The notes under the pieces are model-generated. The model was given only the letters and a program-made list of their open reading frames with translations, was not told where the DNA came from and searched no databases. Both the position numbers and the translations under genes were made by a program. This document shows positions 29,687 through 37,198 of a DNA stretch of 44,555 nt, piece by piece. This DNA is from Thermodesulfovibrionales bacterium. GTDB taxonomy: Bacteria; Nitrospirota; Thermodesulfovibrionia; Thermodesulfovibrionales; UBA9159. Positions within the stretch are counted from its first letter, which is position 1; every line of letters starts with the position of its first letter. The stretch covers positions 1-44,555 of the forward strand of contig DATKOU010000107.1 of the NCBI GenBank assembly GCA_035524455.1, written 5' to 3'.

Positions 29687-29818
29687 TTAGACAAAGGAGG
29701 CGAGAGCAAAGTTCCCGGGTCTCGAACAAGGATCATTTGGGCAGGAGTTGAATGCACCGACGAGGGCGATAGTAATCACGACAGCTAATGCCAACAGAAC
29801 TGGGACCTTGAAACTCAT
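29687..29818 (-). CDS. 43-aa hydrophobic/Cys-containing small protein (MSFKVPVLLALAVVITIALVGAFNSCPNDPCSRPGNFALASFV)
   Basis: The internal ATG of the track ORF has AAGGAGAG 7 nt upstream. The gene ends 31 nt before the DUF4139 start on the same strand. Confidence 0.45.
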   Translation of the reverse strand: MSFKVPVLLALAVVITIALVGAFNSCPNDPCSRPGNFALASFV

Positions 29819-30071
29819 AATTGTCTCTCCTTTCTGATTTGAGGTGACTGGCGAAAAATCCCCCAGGAGCATGCGGATATCTAAGAGATAATAAGATGAG
29901 GCCCTGCACCCGATCGAATTTTCCTCATTTTCCTTTAACCATAAAATATGCGGCCTGTCAATTGCATTGCAGTGCGTTAATCAACGCAGATAAGGCCTAG
30001 AAGTGGGTCAATTTGACGAGCCGGTTAACACCGAATATGTTCAAATGCAAAAAAAAACCACTGCACTCATC

Positions 30072-30099
30072 TTGACAACGATGAGCGAGGTGTTATTAT
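30072..30099 (+). promoter_or_regulatory. Candidate sigma70 promoter for the acetyltransferase gene
   Basis: TTGACA, a 16-nt spacer, then TATTAT, about 75 nt upstream of the ATG at 30175. Confidence 0.45.
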
Positions 30100-30174
30100 C
30101 TGATTGAAGGACTATGAAATGATCGGAGGCAGCTCTTTTCCATAACATCAAGCCTGTAATAATGAGGTAAAGGT

Positions 30175-32853
30175 ATGTCGATTAAGAATCTCGACGTTTT
30201 TTTCAATCCCCACCGGATAGCGGTCATCGAGGCGAGCGACGACAAGCGGTCTCTGGGGTACTATGCCTTCAGGAATCTCGTGGGAAAAGGGTTTAACGGG
30301 GTTGTTTACCCTGTGAATCAACGCCGTGAGGCAGTGCAGGGTGTAGAGGCACACAAGACGATCCTCGCCATCCCGCATCAGATTGACTTGGCCATAGTCG
30401 CTTCTCCTGCCGCTGAACTCTACACCGCTCTGGATGAATGCGGGCAGAAGGACGTCAAAGGTGTCATCATCCTTGCCCCGCACTTTGAGTCCCCCGGCGT
30501 CAATGCTGAAGAGCTTGAAAACCAGATCAGGAGGCTCTCGAACATCTACGGCTTCAGGGTCATGGGTCCCAACTCCTTCGGCTTCCTGCGGCCAAGCAAA
30601 AACCTTAATGCGAGCCTTTTCCCCCATATTCCCCGGAAGGGCAACATCGCCTTCATCTCCCAAAGCGGCATCTTCTCCTCTGTCTTCCTGGAGAGGGCCA
30701 TAAGCAAACAGATGGGGTTCAGCCATTTCATCTCGGTGGGAGAAAAGATGGATATAGACTTTCCCGATCTGATCGACTACCTTGGGATCGACCCTGAAAC
30801 ACGCGCGATCATCCTCTATGTCCAGAATATCAGGAGCGGAAGGAGGTTTATGACCGCGGTGAGAAGCTTTGCAAGCAGCAAGCCGATCGTGGTGGTAAGG
30901 TCAGGGCGGGCGGAGGTTTCAAGTCGGATATTCCTGACCCATTCCGGGGCGCTCGCAGGGGAAGACAAGGTCTATGAGGCGGCCTTCAGGAGGGCCGGCG
31001 CCGTACGGGTATATGAGATGCTTGATCTCTTCTACATGACCGAGACGCTCGGAAAACAGCAACGGCCGCGGGGAAAGCGACTGGCGATTATCGCCAATTG
31101 CCAGGGTCCGGCCTCTATGGCGGTGGACGCCCTTATTCCCTTGGAGGGGGAACTGGCAGCGCTAGGGAAGGAAGTAATGGATGAAATTGAAGAACACCAG
31201 ACCCTCAGAAAGAGGATAAACAACCCTGTCTATCTTCTGCCGGATGTTTCACCCGAAGACTTCGAACTGGCGGTGAGAAGCTGTTTGAAGGACAGCGGGG
31301 TCGACGGCATTTTGGTGATCTATATCCCCTTTCCCTGTTTTGATCCAAGGGACATAGCCGCCGCCGTGGTAAAGGCCGCGAAGTCAGCTCCCCACATCCC
31401 CCTGTTTACGGCATGGTTGGGAGACGAACAGGTGCTCCGGGCCCGCGAGTTCCTCAGCAGCAACGAGATACCCACCTTTGTAACTCCCGAGCAAGCGGTG
31501 AAGAGCTTCTTGTATATGTACCGGTATGACTTTAACCTCAAACTGTTGCACGAAACTCCCGAGGTGATCCTCAAGGACTTTGTCCCCAATATCGACAAGG
31601 TGGGGGAGATCATCAGGAATGCCGCAGAGGGCGGCAGGCGCATCCTCCGCCTGGACGAGGCAAAGGAAATCTTCGAGACATACGGCATTCCCATGGTAGA
31701 GACGGTGAGGGCGGTCAATGAAGATGAAGCTGTTCGGCTGTCAGAAAAGATAGGTTATCCGGTGGTCCTGAAGATCGATTCCGAAAGGCTCTTTCACAAG
31801 CTCGAAAAAGGAGGTGTCGTTCTGAACCTCGGGCATGAGAAGGCGGTCAGGGAGGCGTACCGGTCACTGAAGATTATAGCGTCTCAGGTGGGTGATACTG
31901 AGGCAGACGTGATCATTCAGCCGATGGTAATAAAGAAGGGATACGAACTGGTCATCGGCACAAAAAAGGACCCTAGTTTCGGCGCTGTCATTGTCTTCGG
32001 AACCGGAGGTGAACTCCTCGATGCGATAAAGGATTATTCGATCGGTCTTCCTCCCCTTAATCAGGCCCTGGCGCGACAGATGATGGAAGAGACGAAGATA
32101 TGCCAGTATCTGCAAAGTCTCCCTGCCTGTCAGGGGATTCTGCGGTTTCTTGAAGAGATACTAGTCAGGTTTTCCCAGCTGATCATCGATTTTCATCACA
32201 TCCGAGAGATTGAGATCAACCCCTTTCTCCTTTCCGACGAATACGGTATTGCCCTGGATGGCGGCATCCTCCTTGAAGAGGAGGCCCTGACGAACCATCG
32301 CAGAGTCACGGGCGACCTCTGCCCTCCGCATCTGTCGATCTGCCCGTATCCCTTCAAATATGTCATGGAAAGAACGCTTCGTGGCGGGACCTCCTGTCAC
32401 GTGCGGCCGATCTGCGGAGAGGACGAGCCGCAGATCTACAAGTTTTTCAAGAACCTCGCGGACGAGACTATTATCTACCGGTTTGGCCACCAACTTACTC
32501 ATATACCCCATGAGACGCTTGTCAGATACTGCCAGGTGGACTATGATCGCGAACTCGCCTTTGTGGCCGAGAGCGGAGACGGAAAGGACATTATCGGCGA
32601 TGTCAGAATCAGCAAGCTCCCAGACCTCGAAAATGCGGAAGTGTCAATTCTGATTGCCGACGAGTGGCAGGGAAAGGGGGTGGGAAGTATGCTGATGGAT
32701 TACTGTATAGATATCGCGAGGCAGACTGGCCTGACGACACTCTGGATGGAGATCCTGAAGAACAACTCACGTATGCTGGCCCTTTCCCGAAAATACGACT
32801 TCAAACAGGCGTATGACGACGAAGACATGGTGCGGGTGGTCCTTAAGCTATAG
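30175..32853 (+). CDS. Bifunctional acetate--CoA ligase (ADP-forming)-like / GNAT protein, i.e. Pat/PatZ-type protein lysine acetyltransferase
   Basis: N-terminal CoA-binding domain (PHRIAVIEASDD...VYPVN), a succinyl-CoA-ligase-like domain, an ATP-grasp domain (GYPVVLKI) and a C-terminal GNAT domain (ADEWQGKGVGSMLMDY). Confidence 0.9.
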   Translation: MSIKNLDVFFNPHRIAVIEASDDKRSLGYYAFRNLVGKGFNGVVYPVNQRREAVQGVEAHKTILAIPHQIDLAIVASPAAELYTALDECGQKDVKGVIILAPHFESPGVNAEELENQIRRLSNIYGFRVMGPNSFGFLRPSKNLNASLFPHIPRKGNIAFISQSGIFSSVFLERAISKQMGFSHFISVGEKMDIDFPDLIDYLGIDPETRAIILYVQNIRSGRRFMTAVRSFASSKPIVVVRSGRAEVSSRIFLTHSGALAGEDKVYEAAFRRAGAVRVYEMLDLFYMTETLGKQQRPRGKRLAIIANCQGPASMAVDALIPLEGELAALGKEVMDEIEEHQTLRKRINNPVYLLPDVSPEDFELAVRSCLKDSGVDGILVIYIPFPCFDPRDIAAAVVKAAKSAPHIPLFTAWLGDEQVLRAREFLSSNEIPTFVTPEQAVKSFLYMYRYDFNLKLLHETPEVILKDFVPNIDKVGEIIRNAAEGGRRILRLDEAKEIFETYGIPMVETVRAVNEDEAVRLSEKIGYPVVLKIDSERLFHKLEKGGVVLNLGHEKAVREAYRSLKIIASQVGDTEADVIIQPMVIKKGYELVIGTKKDPSFGAVIVFGTGGELLDAIKDYSIGLPPLNQALARQMMEETKICQYLQSLPACQGILRFLEEILVRFSQLIIDFHHIREIEINPFLLSDEYGIALDGGILLEEEALTNHRRVTGDLCPPHLSICPYPFKYVMERTLRGGTSCHVRPICGEDEPQIYKFFKNLADETIIYRFGHQLTHIPHETLVRYCQVDYDRELAFVAESGDGKDIIGDVRISKLPDLENAEVSILIADEWQGKGVGSMLMDYCIDIARQTGLTTLWMEILKNNSRMLALSRKYDFKQAYDDEDMVRVVLKL

Positions 32854-32857
32854 AGCT

Positions 32858-32902
32858 TGGTAGCGGGGAGAGAATTTGAACCTCTGACCTTCGGGTTATG
32901 AG
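32858..32902 (-). pseudogene. 3' fragment (anticodon loop to CCA) of an initiator-type tRNA-Met(CAU)
   Basis: The minus strand reads CTCATAA-CCCGA-AGGTC-AGAGG-TTCAAAT-TCTCT-CCCCGCT-A-CCA. That is anticodon loop CAU, a CCC-ending anticodon stem as in initiator tRNA, a T-arm, the acceptor 3' strand and CCA. The upstream sequence cannot form the 5' anticodon stem, D-arm or acceptor. Confidence 0.7.
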
Positions 32903-33391
32903 ATGAGTTTGAATTATATATCAGTCTGTGATAGGCTGGATAATCCTTTAAATGACAGTCCCTTAACCCTTGCCAATAAACTACCATTTGTAACATTTTC
33001 AAGGTTAGTATAATCTGTTTTGGTAGAACTATGGTTGAAGAAAAAGGGGGTTGGTTATCCAGGCCCCTTCTGTTTGTTTCACGGACAATTCCGTATTTCA
33101 AAATATTGCAGCTCCGTGAAGAGTAAGCCAGGGAATTGGCACCTTTTGACAGACCTGTGAGGCATATGCTACAGCCACAAACAAACATTTCAATGTTCAG
33201 AACTTTCCTCACATCTCCTCTTAGTAACAGATATGTGCCGCGATCCTGATCACTCTTCGGGTTACGGGCGGTAATAATTACATCTGATGGCCTGCTGCGT
33301 TCTCAGGAAAGAAAAGCTGTTAAACTGCTGCAATCTGCCATGTCTCCATGAGCAAGGCCTGGGAAAAAACTTAAGGAATAAAATGGGGGGT

Positions 33392-34975
33392 CTATGAGGA
33401 AGGAAGGGGATATTTGGATAACTCTTGCTTCTCTTTCCATCGCACGGGGAACATAATGGTAACTGTCGTGCCTTTGCCTTCTTCGCTTTCGAGCACCATT
33501 TCACCGAGATGCTCGGAGACAATCTGCTTTACCAAGGGCAGCCCCATTCCGAATTTATGCAGTTTTGTAGTAAAAAAAGGATCAAAGACTTTTTCACGAA
33601 TTTCTTTTGGAATCCCTGAACCGGTATCCGAGACGATGACCGAATTTTTGTCGCCGTCCCCGGTGCTGTCAACTGATATCTCGCCTCCCGCTGATGTTGC
33701 ATCTATCGCATTTCTCATGATGTGAAAGAGTGCCGCACGTAAAAGGTTTTTCTCGAGGTTCATTTTCAGAGGCTGGGGTGAGAGATTGATGTTGAGACGT
33801 AATCGCTTCTGGGATGCCTCTTTTTCTACGAGAGAGACGACACTCCTTATCACCTCGTTAATATCCTCGTGTTTAAATATGCTCTGTCTGCTTCTCAGGA
33901 GACATTCAAAGTTCTCCACAACGTTCTCGAGTCTTCGGCATTCCTCAATGATCTCTTTCAGTTTATCTTCCATTTCCGGCGTGAGCTCCCCTTTAGCGAG
34001 GACCCTTTTGCAGGTACAGCCAATTATCATTGCTGGATTTCGCACCTGATCAGCAACCGTCAATCCCATCATCGCCATCGTCCGCTCAGCCACAAGTGTC
34101 TCTAATTCCTGGTTCATCTCGGTCAATTCAGCATTGATCTTTTCGATTTCCTGCTCATCTCTTGACATCTTCAGATAAAGGTTATAAATGACGATGAAGA
34201 AAAGGCTCACAGAACCGACCAGGAAAAAAGTAAGGTTATTGAAACTTCCGCTGACCGGCTCGACGTACCTCCAGATATGCAGGTTTCCAGTAGAGACAAG
34301 AAGAGGTTTTGCGATATGACCGACGGCTCTGGAAATGGAATACATGACGTAGGACGACGAAACCCATACCGTATAATACCACAGCGCATTCTCTCTGTTG
34401 CGCCTGTAAAGCTTCAAGCTGACATTGAGACAGGAGAGCGAGAGCGCTATCATGACGAGAGCTCCGGCAACATCAGAAATGATAATTGGCAGGAAAGGCA
34501 AAAGGGCCGTTACAGAAAAAGGAGTCTTTGATTCCTCTTCTTTTTCCAGGAATTTCCGGAGACCGAGGTAAAAGAAAAACATCCCGAGATCAAGGAGCAC
34601 ATAGTCGCATCGGCCCACATATAACAGGTAGTATTTGCCCTCAACAACCACAAATTGCTTTAAATAGTTCCAACCGTCCGTATCCCCTACAATCCAGAGT
34701 TCTGCAAAATGGCTGAGAGCAACATCTAAGTCCCAGACCATATACGTTATCACTGCTGCAAGGATATATCGCCAGCCCTGCTCCCTGTGTAAACGGTTAC
34801 GAACTATGGCATAAAGGACGAAAATGCACGCGATCAGGAAAAAGATCCGACCCAGTTCGTGAGTATAAATTGCAGGATATTCATGCGAAACAAATGCCGC
34901 AGCCTTTGAAGGAACAATCAAGAAAAGAATAAATGAGATTAACCAGTTCATGCTCATTATTATCATACTATACAT
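33392..34975 (-). CDS. Membrane histidine-kinase-like protein with an intact HATPase_c domain but a degenerate H-box (no His)
   Basis: About 6-7 N-terminal TM helices, then a coiled coil. The DHp-like segment reads GLTVADQVRNPAMIIG where AHE(I/L)RNP is expected. N-box HIMRNAIDAT, G1 VSDTGSGI, F-box FDPFFTTK and G2 GMGLPL are present. Confidence 0.8.
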   Translation of the reverse strand: MYSMIIMSMNWLISFILFLIVPSKAAAFVSHEYPAIYTHELGRIFFLIACIFVLYAIVRNRLHREQGWRYILAAVITYMVWDLDVALSHFAELWIVGDTDGWNYLKQFVVVEGKYYLLYVGRCDYVLLDLGMFFFYLGLRKFLEKEEESKTPFSVTALLPFLPIIISDVAGALVMIALSLSCLNVSLKLYRRNRENALWYYTVWVSSSYVMYSISRAVGHIAKPLLVSTGNLHIWRYVEPVSGSFNNLTFFLVGSVSLFFIVIYNLYLKMSRDEQEIEKINAELTEMNQELETLVAERTMAMMGLTVADQVRNPAMIIGCTCKRVLAKGELTPEMEDKLKEIIEECRRLENVVENFECLLRSRQSIFKHEDINEVIRSVVSLVEKEASQKRLRLNINLSPQPLKMNLEKNLLRAALFHIMRNAIDATSAGGEISVDSTGDGDKNSVIVSDTGSGIPKEIREKVFDPFFTTKLHKFGMGLPLVKQIVSEHLGEMVLESEEGKGTTVTIMFPVRWKEKQELSKYPLPSS

Positions 34976-35054
34976 TTTCTATTTGTCTGATACAATAGTA
35001 ATAGCTTCAGAGTGACTCTTGAAGTCATTCAGATGGTAAATTAGGGGTGGAGTA

Positions 35055-35719
35055 GTGCAAACTCTGAATATCGGAAGAAAGCTCGTACTTGGTTTCGGAG
35101 CGATCCTGGTAGTGATGGCCATGCTGGTCATGGCTGCGCTTATGAACATGAGCGCCCTTCATGAAGACCTCGTCAGGATCGTGCTCGTAAACAACAAGCG
35201 AGTGACCATTGCCACCGGCATGGCCACGATTGTCCGCGAAGAGGCAATTGCCGTTCGCAACTGTTTCCTCCAGAGGGAACGGACTGAGGAAATGATAAAA
35301 CGGATCAATGATTACAATGCAAAATTCGATGAAGCATTTACGCAGGTCGAACAGATGACTTCGAGCGATGACGCGAAAGAGCGCGAGCTCCTGGTATTGG
35401 TCAAGGAAAGCTGGACCGCATCAAGGGCGTTGAACGAGCGCACTCTGGCGCTCTTGACCGCAGGTAGGCAGCACGAGGCGTTTGCGCTGTATGAAAAGGA
35501 ATCACGGGCCGCCGTGCGACAGGCTATCCAGGCTACCGAGGATTTGGTGAAACATCAGCAGACGCGGAGCGAAATGCGGTACGATGCGGCAACGCGGCAT
35601 TACCGGGATACACAGCTCTTCATGATTTCCATTGGAATTGCCACTTTTCTCCTTGTCATTATTATAGCTATACGATTCTGACACGAAACATTGTCCGGCC
35701 TCTGCAATTAGCACACTAG
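35055..35719 (+). pseudogene. Remnant of a methyl-accepting chemotaxis protein (TM1, 4-helix-bundle sensor, TM2, first residues of HAMP); frameshifted and 3'-truncated
   Basis: The track ORF (GTG start) ends right after TM2 (..LLVIIIAIRF*). The -1 frame continues TILTRNIVRPLQLAH*, a typical HAMP beginning, and stops at 35717-35719. No HAMP or signalling domain follows. Confidence 0.6.
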
Positions 35720-35721
35720 AG

Positions 35722-35762
35722 AGCCGGGAAAGGGACTCGAACCCTCGACCTGCTATTACGAA
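35722..35762 (-). pseudogene. 3' fragment (anticodon loop to acceptor end) of a tRNA-Thr(CGU)-like gene
   Basis: The minus strand reads TTCGTAA-TAGCA-GGTC-GAGGG-TTCGAGT-CCCTT-TCCCGGC-T. The loop is canonical (U33, CGU, A37), followed by a T-arm and the acceptor 3' strand. The upstream sequence lacks the complementary 5' anticodon stem, D-arm and GCCGGGA acceptor. Confidence 0.5.
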
Positions 35763-36199
35763 GTATTTTTAGACCTTTCGTAACTCGCCAATCTTTACCT
35801 ATAAAATTAATTTTTAAGCATTTCCCCCAAAACTGCTCTCGGACTTTACCGGACCTTATTTATACAATGAGCACAGGGCAAGAGAGTTAGTAGGGGCCAG
35901 TTATCTAGGCCGTTTCTGTTCGGTACACCGACCACGTCACACCGGCACTATTTTCATGGGGGTGGGATTACCGATCAAACCTCGCATTCTTCCGAGAGAA
36001 CTGAGTTTGCGGTGTACATGTCGTTATCGGCACATGGGATAGATCAGGTAGGTCGAACTCACTTGCATCCTGAAAGGCGCACCTTACCAGATGGTCAAAA
36101 AAATGAAGACAATAAGTGTTAATCAATGCAGATAGTGATCCTTATAGTGTCAGTCCTAAAATTATAATTAATAGACTTCACTATAATTAAAACATCAAG

Positions 36200-36229
36200 T
36201 TGACAAGGCGACTTTTTTCCTGCTACATA
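36200..36229 (+). promoter_or_regulatory. Candidate sigma70 promoter for dsrC
   Basis: TTGACA, an 18-nt spacer, then TACATA, 30 nt before the dsrC ATG. An AT-rich tract upstream carries a repeated TATAATTAA motif. Confidence 0.35.
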
Positions 36230-36259
36230 TCAAATAAAAGGGAAAGGAGAAGTTTAAGT

Positions 36260-36595
36260 ATGCCTACGATGGATTTTCGGGGAAAGCAGATCGAGATAGA
36301 TGGGGAAGGTTACATCGCCAATCCCGATGAATGGAGCAAGGAACTCGCTGAGCACATAGCGAAGATAGAAGGCATCGAAATGACTTTTGATCACTGGGAC
36401 GTTGTCAATTTCCTCAGAGACTATTACCGGAAATATCAGATCGCTCCTATGATAAAGATGCTGGTAAAGGAGATCGGAAAGGTCAAGGGGTCGGAGAAGG
36501 GGAATACGAGGTATCTTTATCAACTCTATCCGGGGGGTCCTGCAAAGCAGGCATGTAAGATTGCCGGACTTCCAACGCCGACGGGATGTGTATAA
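36260..36595 (+). CDS. dsrC: DsrC (TusE/DsrC/DsvC family), canonical two-cysteine type
   Basis: 111 aa from the internal ATG, which has an AAAGGAGAAG SD. The C-terminal arm ...ACKIAGLPTPTGCV has both the penultimate Cys and the Cys 11 residues upstream. Confidence 0.9.
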   Translation: MPTMDFRGKQIEIDGEGYIANPDEWSKELAEHIAKIEGIEMTFDHWDVVNFLRDYYRKYQIAPMIKMLVKEIGKVKGSEKGNTRYLYQLYPGGPAKQACKIAGLPTPTGCV

Positions 36596-36625
36596 TGGTA
36601 ATTAATCAACAAGAAGAATGAAGTT

Positions 36626-36970
36626 ATGCGGTTTGCATGGTTTTGTATAATCTTGTTTGGAATTTTCATAATCGGAGGCTTAGCGACACCGAAACCGGAT
36701 TTGCCCTTTATCATAATGGGATTCGGCGGTCTAGTGATAATTGCCTATGCTGTGGCAAAAAATCGTTATTGGGGCAAGCCCATAGACTTTAAGGAACTAC
36801 CTGTGGGTGAGATATTCTATGTAGAAAAAATTTTGCGTGACGGCTATGTCATTATCAGTCAACCAAAAAAACTTCCCTTAATGATAACGGGGTTTCCTAC
36901 AGAACTGATGAAAGAAGGACGAAGCTTTAAAAAAACGAAAGAAATGTCATATGAGGTCATTGCCTGGTAA
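36626..36970 (+). CDS. Hypothetical small membrane protein (2 TM helices plus a roughly 60-aa soluble domain)
   Basis: The ORF starts 30 nt after dsrC on the same strand. It has two hydrophobic helices and no recognizable motif, and looks AT-richer than its surroundings by eye. Confidence 0.5.
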   Translation: MRFAWFCIILFGIFIIGGLATPKPDLPFIIMGFGGLVIIAYAVAKNRYWGKPIDFKELPVGEIFYVEKILRDGYVIISQPKKLPLMITGFPTELMKEGRSFKKTKEMSYEVIAW

Positions 36971-37198
36971 AACCAGTCTGACCCTTATCTTGCGGACTCG
37001 GGAGGGGTAACAGTAGCCCAAACCATCCCTAAGCTAAACACTCTTCCCTGTTTCGTACCTCACTCATAAATATGTTGACTTCTAACACGTAACCTTGATC
37101 TGCTCCGTAGGCATCCAACATTTGTTCCCAAAAGAAACCTTTCGCTGTGGCAAAAAAGTTACAGTGTTGGCTTCAGGAGGAAGAAGTTTTTATCGATC

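Noticed and set aside
32700-33212. A 170-aa minus-strand ORF spanning the 3' end of pat, the tRNA-fMet fragment and the non-coding stretch.
   Set aside because: It reads straight through a tRNA-derived sequence and the end of a well-supported gene. It is Cys/Ser/Arg-rich with no motifs and no SD. It is most likely spurious. I found no integrase-like or transposase-like translation in any frame of 32903-33391.
35722-35950. An intron-containing tRNA (group I intron in the anticodon loop), with a 5' exon near GCCGGTG at about 35946.
   Set aside because: The candidate 5' acceptor pairs only partially with TCCCGGC. No D-arm can be drawn after it, and I could not recognize the conserved P/Q/R/S-type core elements of a group I intron by eye.
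35719-36075. A possible tmRNA (ssrA) on the minus strand. A tRNA-like T-arm and acceptor lie at the 3' end. A GAGTTCGAC motif lies about 340 nt upstream, close to the typical tmRNA length and similar to the 5' GGAUUCGAC region. There is also a short frame beginning GCC GAT AAC GAC (A-D-N-D...).
   Set aside because: No GGGG 5' acceptor is complementary to the 3' strand, and there is no G3:U70 alanine identity pair. The candidate tag frame does not end in ...LAA-stop. The 3' module has a full anticodon loop (TTCGTAA), which tmRNA lacks. It is better explained as a tRNA-Thr 3' half. A decayed ssrA cannot be fully excluded without a covariance-model scan.
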